Shown piece after piece: positions 50,432 to 60,134 of a stretch of 64,000 nt of DNA (the first letter of the stretch is position 1; the number at the start of each line of letters is the position of its first letter). The DNA comes from Alphaproteobacteria bacterium. Its GTDB lineage: Bacteria > Pseudomonadota > Alphaproteobacteria > UBA7985. The notes under the pieces were generated by a model. That model had not been told where the DNA came from, searched no databases, and worked only from the letters and a program-made list of their open reading frames with translations. The stretch is from the NCBI GenBank assembly GCA_964228455.1, contig CAXQZM010000071.1:13310-77309 (forward strand), given 5' to 3'. Position numbers and translations under genes: made by a program.

Positions 50432-50470
50432 GGGGTGGCGGTTGTCGCCACCCCACTTTACCTTTTTTCT
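50432..50470 (+). terminator. Intra-operon stem-loop/attenuator downstream of the substrate-binding-protein gene
   Basis: GGGGTGGCG-GTTGT-CGCCACCCC perfect 9-bp stem followed by ...CCTTTTTTCTT. Typical position for a partial terminator that raises SBP:permease mRNA stoichiometry. Confidence 0.6.
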
Positions 50471-50529
50471 TAGCGGATCGGTACTGAGCTCCGCTTGGCA
50501 AGATGGGAAGCTACTAAGAGCTAAATAAA

Positions 50530-51534
50530 ATGCCACATCGTACGTTTTTATGGTTTGTCTTGCCCTCAGTGGCCACCATGGTGCTTTTTATTTTGTTGCC
50601 ATTGGTAAATGTAGCGTACCAGTCCTTTTTCTCCGAACCTACACCAATACAGAGGGTAGTAGAGGTTTGCTCAACTAACTTTTTTACTGGTGAGAAGACT
50701 TGCACGGAGTCTTTCACTTATGAGGAGGTAGAGGGCCCGAATATATTTCGGGGTTTAGACTTCATTTGTGGATACTCAGTGCTAGCATGTAAAGAGCTAT
50801 CCGAAGGTGCTAAACTAATGAATCTCCCGTTTTATCGGGCTTTGGCATTTACTTTATTTTATACATTTATCACCACGCCATTCATCATCGTTCTAGGGCT
50901 GATGATTGCCAGTCTTGTCAATAATCTGACGCGGTCAGTTCGCGGCCCTATCATCTTTGCAAGTCTATTACCCTTTATTGTTACCCCTCTCGTTGGCTCT
51001 TTGGTATTATTTTGGATGACCGGAAATAACGGCGGATTGCTCTACAGTTTAGTTAACGGGCTAATGTTTTGGACTGATGTTGATATTTCCCTCCGAGCTT
51101 CTGCAACCGCTGTCTGGGCGATGCTGGCCACTTATGGAGTTTGGCACGTAGCGCCGTTCGCGTTCATTGTGTTTTACGCTGGCCTGCAGACGGTTAGTCA
51201 GGACCAAATTGAAGCTGCAATGGTAGATGGTGCCAGTGTGTGGGAAAGGTTTCGACATGTTGTTGTTCCACATCTGATGCCCCTGATCACATTTGTACTT
51301 TTGATTCATATCATGGATGCATTTCGAGTGTTGGAGCCCATTGTTAGCTTTCAAGCGCAATCTAAAGCTCAGTCTTTGTCCACGTTGATTTACGAACACT
51401 TGGTTATTCAGCAAGAGAAGCGTTACGGAACAGCCGCTGCGACATCACTTCTGACCATTTTGATGGTATTCATCCTTCTTCTTCCCGTTTTGGTCAGAAC
51501 TTGGCGCGATTTTCGGGGGGATGGGCGATTATGA
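50530..51534 (+). CDS. ABC transporter permease (MalF/UgpA-like)
   Basis: 334 aa. Six TM helices with EAA-type loop (binding-protein-dependent transport signature). Confidence 0.8.
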   Translation: MPHRTFLWFVLPSVATMVLFILLPLVNVAYQSFFSEPTPIQRVVEVCSTNFFTGEKTCTESFTYEEVEGPNIFRGLDFICGYSVLACKELSEGAKLMNLPFYRALAFTLFYTFITTPFIIVLGLMIASLVNNLTRSVRGPIIFASLLPFIVTPLVGSLVLFWMTGNNGGLLYSLVNGLMFWTDVDISLRASATAVWAMLATYGVWHVAPFAFIVFYAGLQTVSQDQIEAAMVDGASVWERFRHVVVPHLMPLITFVLLIHIMDAFRVLEPIVSFQAQSKAQSLSTLIYEHLVIQQEKRYGTAAATSLLTILMVFILLLPVLVRTWRDFRGDGRL

Positions 51535-52697
51535 CTTCTAACAGACGCGCCGTTTCAGCAATACTCTATTTACTGGCCGGATTATGGGTTGTGATTGCTG
51601 CTTTTCCCTTCGCTTGGACTGTTTGGGGTAGCTTTAAATTTGAGACTGACTTTTTTGGCGCCTGGACGAAAAACATTTCAGGAGAAGACACCGGAAGAGA
51701 ATATGGGACATATTTTACCGCTGATGGATACGCCATCGCTTTCTCTTGGCCAGTAGAAACAGTTCCAACATTGGCAGAAGTAGAGCCATTTTTGGCAAGA
51801 CTTTCTACCGATCAGTTAGAGCACCCTTCCATTGCGCCATTATTTGACGCTATTTCAAATGAGACACGCCCATCGAATGGTGAATTACGCCAATTTAGTC
51901 GTTGGCTTAGATCGGAGGCGCGCCAGGGCCCCGACCGGTTTAGTGAAAATACTATGCAGTTTGTTACAGAGCTCGAAGAGGAAAGGGCTGCCAATGTTTC
52001 TGGTAAGGATTTTGGCCGAGCCGTTATAAACACTTTAGTTGTTACTCTCTCAGTTGTAGTTATTTCCTTAACGTTTGGAACATTAGGTGGGTATGCCTTA
52101 GCAAGGTCCACGGCGAAGTATGCTTTTTGGATACTTATAATAGCACTCGTTTTCCGAGCTATGCCGCACATTACTCTAGTATCTGGTTATATGGAGCCAC
52201 TATTTGCTACTCAAATTTCAGAGATAAAAATATTTGGGCTTACGGTGATAGAAGAGGGCACTCTCTGGGGAAGAACTTTTACTGCAGTCGTTGTTCTAGT
52301 AGCAATTAATCAGCCGTTCACAATTTGGATGATGCGGTCATTTTTTATGAATATTCCGCAGGAGCTTGACGAAAGTGCTTTAGTTGATGGGTGCAACCGG
52401 CTTCAAGGTTTCTGGCATGTTATTATGCCAGTAATGTGGCCCGGAGTGATAACAACAGGCCTCTTTAGTTTTCTGCTGGCTTACAACGATTTCACGGTTA
52501 CATCCGCGTTGCTGAGTCAAGAAAATACAACGATGATACCGCGTATCGCCGGTTTTCTTGGGTCCGCTCAATCTGATGGCGAGCAGATGGCTGCGGTCGC
52601 TGCAGTCGTATCCGCCACCGCGCCTCTTTTTGTTTTAATTATGGTGTTTCAGCGTCAGCTAGTTAGCGGCCTAACAGCGGGCGCCGTCAAGGGATAA
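51531..52697 (+). CDS. ABC transporter permease (MalG/UgpE-like) with extended periplasmic loop
   Basis: Start at ATG 51531 (MTSNRRAVSAILYLLAG). TM helices, a large loop between TM1 and TM2, C-terminal EAA motif region. Confidence 0.8.
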   Translation: MTSNRRAVSAILYLLAGLWVVIAAFPFAWTVWGSFKFETDFFGAWTKNISGEDTGREYGTYFTADGYAIAFSWPVETVPTLAEVEPFLARLSTDQLEHPSIAPLFDAISNETRPSNGELRQFSRWLRSEARQGPDRFSENTMQFVTELEEERAANVSGKDFGRAVINTLVVTLSVVVISLTFGTLGGYALARSTAKYAFWILIIALVFRAMPHITLVSGYMEPLFATQISEIKIFGLTVIEEGTLWGRTFTAVVVLVAINQPFTIWMMRSFFMNIPQELDESALVDGCNRLQGFWHVIMPVMWPGVITTGLFSFLLAYNDFTVTSALLSQENTTMIPRIAGFLGSAQSDGEQMAAVAAVVSATAPLFVLIMVFQRQLVSGLTAGAVKG

Positions 52698-52753
52698 GCC
52701 AAGTGTTTTAGTATGATTGATATATGCATTAAGAAGAAAAGAAGAAAGTTAGT

Positions 52754-54079
52754 ATGATACGACATTTAAAGACCGCCAAACCCGAGACCGAGCGAGCTGA
52801 AGATGACGCTGAGGTGCGCGAGGTAGTAGAAAAAACACTAGCCGACATTAAAGCCCGGGGAGATGAGGCGGTTCGCGAACTAGCGGAGAAATTTGATAAC
52901 TATTCTCCAAAAGCTTACTGTCTCTCAGCTGAGGAGATTGATGAGATTATCTCTAAGGTTTCCAAGGAAGACATGGCGGACATTGTTTTTGCGCAGGAGC
53001 AGGTGCGCAATTTTGCTCAAATTCAGCGAAACTCAATGAAAGATGTTGAGGTAGAGACACTCCCAGGCGTTATACTTGGCCATAAAAATATCCCAGTTCA
53101 GTCAGTTGGATGTTACGTCCCTGCGGGAAAATTCCCGATGGTGGCATCAGCCCATATGTCAGTTGCTACCGCTTCAGTAGCAGGCGTGCCTAGGATCGTT
53201 GCTTGCACTCCCCCCTTCAGCGGAGAGCCCAACCCAGCCGTTATTGCAGCCATGCACCTTGGAGGAGCTCATGAAATTTATGTTCTAGGAGGCATCCAAG
53301 CTGTTGGGGCAATGGCCTTGGGAACTGAGACCATAAAGCCGGTACATATGTTAGTTGGCCCAGGTAACGCCTTTGTCGCTGAAGCTAAACGTCAGCTTTT
53401 TGGTAAGGTCGGTATCGATTTATTTGCTGGCCCGACAGAAACTATGGTCATCGCGGATTCGTCTGTCGATGGTGAACTATGTGCAACTGATTTGCTTGGG
53501 CAGGCAGAGCATGGGTACAACTCCCCAGCGGTGCTGCTTACCAATTCAGAGAAGTTGGCAAATGAGACTATGGACTGGATAGAGATCCTACTTGGCAAAC
53601 TTCCCACAGCCGAAACAGCCAGGGTTTCTTGGGAAGACTACGGAGAAATCATCGTCTGTGATACATATGACGAGATGCTAGAAGTCGCCGACGATATTGC
53701 TTCTGAACATGTGCAGGTAATGACCGATCGGGATGATTGGTTTTTAGAAAACATGACTTGCTATGGCGCCTTGTTTTTGGGTCCTAGAACAAATGTATCA
53801 AACGGCGATAAAGTTATAGGTACGAATCACACTTTGCCGACCAAGAAAGCAGGTAGGTACACAGGTGGATTATGGGTGGGTAAATATCTCAAAACTCACT
53901 CATACCAGAAAATTACAACAGACGAAGCTGCAGCAGATATTGGCGCGTATTGTTCGCGCCTTTGCTTATTGGAGGGCTTTGTTGGTCATGCAGAGCAGGC
54001 CAATGTGCGTGTTCGCCGTTATGGGGGTGTGAATGTTCCATATGGCGAGGGCGCGCCTCGCCGAAAGGCTATCGGGTAA
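52754..54079 (+). CDS. Histidinol-dehydrogenase-family NAD-dependent dehydrogenase (HisD paralogue; specificity unknown)
   Basis: 441 aa. HisD fold blocks ([21 protein letters not shown], Zn-binding His/Asp/Glu region). The catabolic context suggests a paralogue (cf. HpsN-type alcohol-to-acid dehydrogenases) rather than histidine biosynthesis. Confidence 0.65.
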   Translation: MIRHLKTAKPETERAEDDAEVREVVEKTLADIKARGDEAVRELAEKFDNYSPKAYCLSAEEIDEIISKVSKEDMADIVFAQEQVRNFAQIQRNSMKDVEVETLPGVILGHKNIPVQSVGCYVPAGKFPMVASAHMSVATASVAGVPRIVACTPPFSGEPNPAVIAAMHLGGAHEIYVLGGIQAVGAMALGTETIKPVHMLVGPGNAFVAEAKRQLFGKVGIDLFAGPTETMVIADSSVDGELCATDLLGQAEHGYNSPAVLLTNSEKLANETMDWIEILLGKLPTAETARVSWEDYGEIIVCDTYDEMLEVADDIASEHVQVMTDRDDWFLENMTCYGALFLGPRTNVSNGDKVIGTNHTLPTKKAGRYTGGLWVGKYLKTHSYQKITTDEAAADIGAYCSRLCLLEGFVGHAEQANVRVRRYGGVNVPYGEGAPRRKAIG

Positions 54080-54140
54080 TAATTTGGGAGGGTGCGAGTA
54101 GAGCGCTGATTTTGCTGCGTGGACTACTTGGGAAATTGCA

Positions 54141-55184
54141 ATGACTAAAATTTCAGAGCACTGCAAATCGATGATTGCCCCCTTACGGCGAGCAATGGTC
54201 AATTTTGATGGGACAGTTGAGGCTAGCTTGCGCAAAGTTTTTCATAGAGATGCCCAAATTAGCTTTTGCCATCCGTTTGGTGATGTAATTGGATCTGACG
54301 CATTATACGAATTAGCCTACGCACCGCTTTTAGTTGCCATGCCTGACCTCGAGCGCCGGGATATGATCTTGCTTGCGGGACGTACCCCTGAGGGAAAGGA
54401 CTGGATTGGGATGATGGGGAACTACATGGGAACCTTCGTAGCTCCATTTTTGGGTATCCCGCCCACAGGTCATCTTGCGCACATGCGTTACCATGAGTTC
54501 TACCAGGTTGAAGAGGGCAAAATAATACAAGTCCAGGCAATATGGGACATTCCTGAATTAATGATGCAAGCAAACGCTTGGCCCATGGCTCGACAAATGG
54601 GGAAATTTCTAGCTACTCCTTCGCCCATGACACAGGATGGTTTGACAGCAAGCGGTGATGGAACCGTAGCCTTGGACCATGTTGTTGCGATGTTAACAGA
54701 TCTTTGCAAACATCCTGCCAATCCTGATCCAGCCGTGATGAAGCTTCAACACTACTGGCATTCTAGGAATAACTGGTATGGGCCAGCTGGTATAGGAACA
54801 AGTAGGGGTATTGATGGCTTTCGTCATTGGCATCAAATCCCATTCCTGCGCGCTATGCCTGACCGTAAGCTAGATGCGATGGGGGACCTTATGTCTCACT
54901 GGGTGGCAGAGGGAAACTATGTCTGTGAGACGGGCTGGCCGAACATGCGCCTAACCTTAACCAATGATGGTTGGATGGGCATCGCTCCTGCTGGGAAAGA
55001 GGTTACGCTCAGGTCGTTAGATTTTTGGCGAGTAGAGGATGGGAAGATCCGTGAAAACTGGGTCTTAGTTGACCTTCTTGATCTCTATCGACAGATCGAT
55101 GTCGACGTTCTTGCCCGACTTAATGAGTTCAATAAGGCTCGCAATTTATCACCAGTCAACATTCCCTCTGGGCTTGTTCAATGA
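54141..55184 (+). CDS. Tandem SnoaL-like/NTF2-like (ester-cyclase-like) double-domain protein, paralogue 1
   Basis: 347 aa. Two repeats of the SnoaL polyketide-cyclase-like motif (GTFVAPFLGIPPTGH...EGKIIQVQAIWD and GWMGIAPAGKEVTLRSLDFWRVEDGKIRENWVLVDLLDLYRQI). Confidence 0.6.
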   Translation: MTKISEHCKSMIAPLRRAMVNFDGTVEASLRKVFHRDAQISFCHPFGDVIGSDALYELAYAPLLVAMPDLERRDMILLAGRTPEGKDWIGMMGNYMGTFVAPFLGIPPTGHLAHMRYHEFYQVEEGKIIQVQAIWDIPELMMQANAWPMARQMGKFLATPSPMTQDGLTASGDGTVALDHVVAMLTDLCKHPANPDPAVMKLQHYWHSRNNWYGPAGIGTSRGIDGFRHWHQIPFLRAMPDRKLDAMGDLMSHWVAEGNYVCETGWPNMRLTLTNDGWMGIAPAGKEVTLRSLDFWRVEDGKIRENWVLVDLLDLYRQIDVDVLARLNEFNKARNLSPVNIPSGLVQ

Positions 55185-55277
55185 AGTACTCAATTGGCAG
55201 AAAAGTATGGGTCTCCAATGAAAGATATTAAACAATGACTTGGTTAAAAAATGCGACCAGATCTTTAGAAGAGCGGC

Positions 55278-56300
55278 ATGGTGAGTAATACCCGAGTAAC
55301 ATCAGCAGAGGTTGCCCAACACGCTGGTGTTTCTCAATCAGCTGTGAGCCGTGTCTTCACTCCTGGAGCGTCAGCATCAAAGAAAACAGCTGAAAAAGTC
55401 AGAAAAGCGGCTGCTGATTTGGGGTACCGTCCTAACGTTCTTGCGCGCGCAATGGTATCTGGGAAAAGCCGGATTATTGGCCTAGTGGTCGCGTACCTCG
55501 ACAATCAATTTTACCCTGAGGCGCTCGAAAAACTATCTAATGAGCTTCAAAAACGCGGATATCATGTCCTTATCTTTATGGCTGATAATGCAGTTGGTAA
55601 TGTGGATAGCGTGCTCGAGGAGATACTTGATTATCAAGTTGAGGGCATAATCGCTGCATCTGTTGCCATGTCGTCTGATTTATCTGAGCGATGTCGAGCA
55701 GCGGACGTCCCGATGGTTCTATTCAACCGAAATCAAGATGATCCAAACATGTCATCTGTGACTTCCGACAATCACTCGGGCGGTCGTAAAGTTGCAGAGT
55801 TTTTGCTAGCAGCCGGGCACAAAAAAATTGGGTATATTGCAGGTTGGAAGGGCGCCTCAACACAACGTGATCGCGAAGCAGGTTTTATATCGGGTTTAGC
55901 AGAGGCGGGTGTAGCTCTTCACTCACGGGGCGAGGGTGATTTTCAGATGGAGAAAGCGGCTGAGGCAACGCGCCTTATGTTTGCTTATGATCCACCAGAG
56001 GCTGTCTTCGTTGCAAATGATCATATGGCTCTAGCCGTCTTAGATACGTTGCGGTTTGAGCTTGGACTCCGGGTTCCGGAAGACGTTTCGGTTGTTGGAT
56101 ACGACGACGTGCCTGCTGCTGGATGGCCAGCGTATGATCTCACAACAGTGCGCCAGCCCGTCAATCGGATGGTCACAAATACCGTCGATATTCTTCTTGA
56201 TCAAGTTGAAGGAAGCGCGAGTAAATTGAGGCGTATCGCAATTGCTGGACCATTTATTAAGCGTGGATCCGCTCGAGTTCCGGATGGTTGGGCTTCATGA
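55278..56300 (+). CDS. LacI-family transcriptional regulator
   Basis: 340 aa. N-terminal HTH (VTSAEVAQHAGVSQSAVSRVF), periplasmic-binding-protein-like sugar-binding core. Confidence 0.9.
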   Translation: MVSNTRVTSAEVAQHAGVSQSAVSRVFTPGASASKKTAEKVRKAAADLGYRPNVLARAMVSGKSRIIGLVVAYLDNQFYPEALEKLSNELQKRGYHVLIFMADNAVGNVDSVLEEILDYQVEGIIAASVAMSSDLSERCRAADVPMVLFNRNQDDPNMSSVTSDNHSGGRKVAEFLLAAGHKKIGYIAGWKGASTQRDREAGFISGLAEAGVALHSRGEGDFQMEKAAEATRLMFAYDPPEAVFVANDHMALAVLDTLRFELGLRVPEDVSVVGYDDVPAAGWPAYDLTTVRQPVNRMVTNTVDILLDQVEGSASKLRRIAIAGPFIKRGSARVPDGWAS

Positions 56301-57331
56301 AATCAATTCATGATTTGAACCGAAACAAAATAGTTGGTCTGCGCTCGGCAACATATAATTTTGAAGAGTCAACAGTTCGGAGGGAGTTGAAAAAGGTTTC
56401 GAAACCAGACGCTATTTTTAGAATGGCATTTCCAATTGAGGAGACCGTTGGTGCTGACTCATACTATGAAGCAGCATATGCGCCTCTTTTTAAAGCTATT
56501 CCAGATCTCGAGCGGCGCGATTGGATCGTGATGTCCGGCCAGACTGATAAAGGTTATGACTGGGTTGGTTGTGGGGGCTTTTATACAGGGACGTTTGTAA
56601 ACCCTTGGTTTGATATACCAGCCACGGGCCACATGGTTCATATGCGGTTTCATGAGTTTTATCGATTTGAGGACGGAAAAATTTCGGAAGTGCAGGCACT
56701 CTGGGACATCCCGGAAGTCATGCTTCAAGCTAATGCGTGGCCTATGGCACCAGCGCTAGGTAAGGAGTGGCATATACCAGGCCCAGCGACGAATGATGGT
56801 GTTCGGCTGGCTCACGACAGAGTTAACGGCGCACGCGCCTGCGAAATCGTTATTGATATGTTGGATCATCTGAAAAAACACCCTACTCAAGGTGGTCCAG
56901 AAGTAATGAAGCCAGAGCAATTCTGGCATCCCCGTATGTCCTGGTATGGCCCCTCAGGAATTGGGACAGGCAGGGGCTTTGCGGGTTTTAGAAACTGGCA
57001 CCAAATACCATTTTTAAACGCGATGCCTGATCGAGGACTTGAGCGGGACAAAATCACTTATCATTTCTTTGGTGATGGCCCTTATTGTGCTGTGACGGGC
57101 TGGCCCAACATGATCCAAACAATAACTCACGATGGTTGGATGGGGATACCGCCACTGAATAAAAGAGTGACTATGAAATCACTCGATTTTTGGCGTTTAG
57201 AGGGTGACCTTATCCGAGAAAATTGGGTAATGGTCGATTTACTCGACTTATATGATCAAATTGGTGTCGACGTATTAGGCCGAATGCGCGAATTTAATAA
57301 GGCGCGCAACCCTATCAATTTATCTGGCTAA
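56288..57331 (+). CDS. Tandem SnoaL-like/NTF2-like double-domain protein, paralogue 2
   Basis: 347 aa. Collinear with the 54141..55184 product (shared AYAPL...PDLERRD, HMRxHEFY.FEDGKI, LDFWR.E.D.IRENWVMVDLLDLYDQIGVDVL.R..EFNKARN). Confidence 0.6.
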   Translation: MGFMKSIHDLNRNKIVGLRSATYNFEESTVRRELKKVSKPDAIFRMAFPIEETVGADSYYEAAYAPLFKAIPDLERRDWIVMSGQTDKGYDWVGCGGFYTGTFVNPWFDIPATGHMVHMRFHEFYRFEDGKISEVQALWDIPEVMLQANAWPMAPALGKEWHIPGPATNDGVRLAHDRVNGARACEIVIDMLDHLKKHPTQGGPEVMKPEQFWHPRMSWYGPSGIGTGRGFAGFRNWHQIPFLNAMPDRGLERDKITYHFFGDGPYCAVTGWPNMIQTITHDGWMGIPPLNKRVTMKSLDFWRLEGDLIRENWVMVDLLDLYDQIGVDVLGRMREFNKARNPINLSG

Positions 57332-57343
57332 GGAGGCCACCAA

Positions 57344-58108
57344 ATGACTTTACCTCAAACTCCCTCTTTTTCGTTAAGTGGTAAACGAGCGTTAGTCGCA
57401 GGAGCGTCATCTGGAATTGGTCTGGCCTGCGCTGCAGCTTTATCACAAGCAGGAGCTCATGTTACGGTTGCGGCTCGGCGAGTAGATAAGCTTTCTGAGT
57501 TGGTAGATGATTTAAAGGCAAATGGCGCCTCAGCTGAGGCGCTTGCACTAGATGTAAGTGATACTGAGGCAACCCAGGCAGCGATCGACCAAGCCGAGCC
57601 ATTTGATGTGTTAGTTAATTCTGCCGGTTTAGCGCATCATGGCCCCGCCTTGGATACAATACCCCATAAATTTGATGAGGTTGTAGCCATTAACCTTAAG
57701 GGAGCGTTTTTTCTTACCCGTGCGGTTGCAGCCAAGTTAATGGACGCGGGCAAATCAGGCTCACTCATAAATATTTCCTCACAAATGGCATACGTAGGTG
57801 GCATAGAACGATCTGTCTATTGTGCTACCAAGCATGCGGTTGAAGGTTTTACAAAAGCAGTTGCTATAGAATGGGGTCCTAAAGGAATCCGGGTTAACAC
57901 CATCTGTCCGACATTCATTAAGACAGCATTAACTGCATCAACTTTTGCTAATCCTGAACGGAAAGCATGGATTGAAGAAAAAATAAAACTCGGGCGTATT
58001 GGCGAGGTGGAAGATATTATGGGCCCCGTTACATTTTTAGCCTCTGATGCCTCTGCTCTAATAACAGGAACGGCTATCCTTGTGGATGGCGGTTGGACAG
58101 CTGATTAA
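57344..58108 (+). CDS. SDR-family short-chain dehydrogenase/reductase
   Basis: 254 aa. TGASSGIG cofactor motif, NSAG, catalytic YxxxK (YCATKHAV). Confidence 0.85.
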   Translation: MTLPQTPSFSLSGKRALVAGASSGIGLACAAALSQAGAHVTVAARRVDKLSELVDDLKANGASAEALALDVSDTEATQAAIDQAEPFDVLVNSAGLAHHGPALDTIPHKFDEVVAINLKGAFFLTRAVAAKLMDAGKSGSLINISSQMAYVGGIERSVYCATKHAVEGFTKAVAIEWGPKGIRVNTICPTFIKTALTASTFANPERKAWIEEKIKLGRIGEVEDIMGPVTFLASDASALITGTAILVDGGWTAD

Positions 58109-58118
58109 GGAATATTTC

Positions 58119-59111
58119 ATGAGCTATACTAACAAGCCATCGATGAAGGGTTTTGACCCTATCTACAAAGATTTTCCGGATTATATTATTGGGATTACCA
58201 AGAGAATCTGGGAGGATCGTGATTTAGCATCACTCCATCACTTGTATTCGAAAGACATCCCAGTTCGTTCGCCCGGGTCACTGGTTATTGGAAATGAACC
58301 CGTAATTGCAGCTACGCAAGCAACGCTGGCGGAATTTCCAGATCGCACCCTTTATGGAGAGGATGTTATTTGGTCTGGGTCGCCTGAGGTTGGCATGCTT
58401 TCATCACATCGAATTATTTCCACGGCCACCCACGCGGTCGAAGGGGTTTATGGCAAACCTACTGGCAAAAAGCTGACTTATCGAATCATAGCGGATTGCC
58501 ACGCTAAAAATAACACCATTGACGATGAGTGGTTAATACGTGACCAAGGTGCAATTGTTAAGCAATTGGGGTGGGCGGCGAAGGATTATGCCGCTGACCT
58601 AATTAGTCGCGAAGGAGGCATCGAGACCTGCATTCGACCGTTTACACCAGAAATTGATGTTGAAGGCCCCTACCAAGGCTGCGGAAATGATAATGAGTGG
58701 GGTCATAAATATGCCGATATTCTCACGAGGATTATGGGAGGGTCGTATGACGTTGTCGCGCATGAATATGATCGCGCTGTCCATTGCGAATATGCCGGAG
58801 GCATTACAGCCCATTCTCATAAAGCCGTAGATCAGTTTTGGATGCCATTAAGATCAGCGTTTCCAAACGCCGAATTTAAAGTTGAGCATCAAATCGGTCG
58901 GGATGATCCTATGATGCCGCCACGAGCCGCAATCCGTTGGTCCTTGAAAGGAAAACATGAGGGCTGGGGTGGTTTTGGCGCGCCCACAGGAGCAGAGGTT
59001 TATGTTATGGGAGCATCTCACGCTGAATTTGGTCCCTGGGGACTAAGGCGAGAGTACACACTTTACGATGATACGGCGATTTGGAAGCAGATTTTGATCA
59101 GTCAGGGGTAG
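58119..59111 (+). CDS. Tandem SnoaL-like/NTF2-like double-domain protein, divergent paralogue 3
   Basis: Start at ATG 58119 (MSYTNKPS). Two ester-cyclase-like repeats (GKPTGKKLTYRIIADCHAKNNTIDDEWLIRDQ and GAPTGAEVYVMGASHAEFGPWGLRREYTLYDDTAIW). Confidence 0.55.
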   Translation: MSYTNKPSMKGFDPIYKDFPDYIIGITKRIWEDRDLASLHHLYSKDIPVRSPGSLVIGNEPVIAATQATLAEFPDRTLYGEDVIWSGSPEVGMLSSHRIISTATHAVEGVYGKPTGKKLTYRIIADCHAKNNTIDDEWLIRDQGAIVKQLGWAAKDYAADLISREGGIETCIRPFTPEIDVEGPYQGCGNDNEWGHKYADILTRIMGGSYDVVAHEYDRAVHCEYAGGITAHSHKAVDQFWMPLRSAFPNAEFKVEHQIGRDDPMMPPRAAIRWSLKGKHEGWGGFGAPTGAEVYVMGASHAEFGPWGLRREYTLYDDTAIWKQILISQG

Positions 59112-59168
59112 CCTAGTCATTGTAATAAATTTCTGAAATACTTGGGATAATTGATAAAAGAGAAGCAT

Positions 59169-60134
59169 ATGGAGAGTAATGCACCGAAGATTGTAAGATA
59201 TGGCGAGCTAGTGCCGTGCAAGACAGCGTTTATTGACGCACACACCCCTGGATCAGACCAAAAGGAAAACTTTACGATCATTGGTGGTGGTGTCTCGGAA
59301 AGTCCAGATCAGCACATTCATATAAAGGCGACGCCAGGCTACAATATTGGAGCTGCAGGCCAGCCGCCAAAGTGTCGCAATTCACTGCACTCTCACCGAA
59401 CAGCAGAAGTTTTTTTTGTATTGTCTGGCAGGTGGCGTTTTTTTTGGGGGCGATACGGGACAGCGGGCGAAGTTACCTTAGAGGAAGGTGACATCTTCAA
59501 TATTCCTACAGGCATATTTCGAGGTTTTGAGAACATTGGTACCGACTATGGTATGATTATGGCTATCCTAGGCGGTGATGATGCGGGTGGCGGCGTACAA
59601 TGGGCACCACAAGTCATTCAAGACGCTGCTGATCATGGATTAATTCTTGGCGAAAATGGCGCTTTGTATGATACCAAAAAAGGCGCGCGCTTGCCTGATG
59701 GTGTAGGGCCTATGCCCTTATTGTCAGAAGATGTTCTGAAGAGAATGCCAGAGACTCCCATTGCCGAAATCTTACCTTTTATTGGGCGTTATTGGGATAT
59801 CATGGCAATGGCTGACCAGGCGCCAGCTAAGGTTATAGGGCCCAGTGCAATGATTAGAGATCGGCCAGGGTTTGAAGTTGAGCTGTTGAATCACAAAACC
59901 CCAGCTCCCGGGCCATATCGCGTTGACGTGCAAGAGACACTGATGGTTATGCGAGGGCATTGGTCATTGAAGTGGCGAGGAGGGGATATTCGTCTTGCTC
60001 CAGGCGACACGGTGGCGGTTCCAGCGGGCTTGGAGCATGAACTGGGTCCCGCGATGACTGGCGAGGCTTCTGTTTACAAGATTATAGGTACTGAAGATCC
60101 AGCTGGACCTACAGGGCTACTATTGGAGGCTTAG
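59169..60134 (+). CDS. Bicupin (two cupin domains) protein, possible ring-cleaving dioxygenase/isomerase
   Basis: ~320 aa. Two cupin barrels (first with HSHRTAEVFFVLSG..., second with ...TVAVPAGLEHELG). His/Glu metal-ligand-like positions. Confidence 0.55.
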   Translation: MESNAPKIVRYGELVPCKTAFIDAHTPGSDQKENFTIIGGGVSESPDQHIHIKATPGYNIGAAGQPPKCRNSLHSHRTAEVFFVLSGRWRFFWGRYGTAGEVTLEEGDIFNIPTGIFRGFENIGTDYGMIMAILGGDDAGGGVQWAPQVIQDAADHGLILGENGALYDTKKGARLPDGVGPMPLLSEDVLKRMPETPIAEILPFIGRYWDIMAMADQAPAKVIGPSAMIRDRPGFEVELLNHKTPAPGPYRVDVQETLMVMRGHWSLKWRGGDIRLAPGDTVAVPAGLEHELGPAMTGEASVYKIIGTEDPAGPTGLLLEA

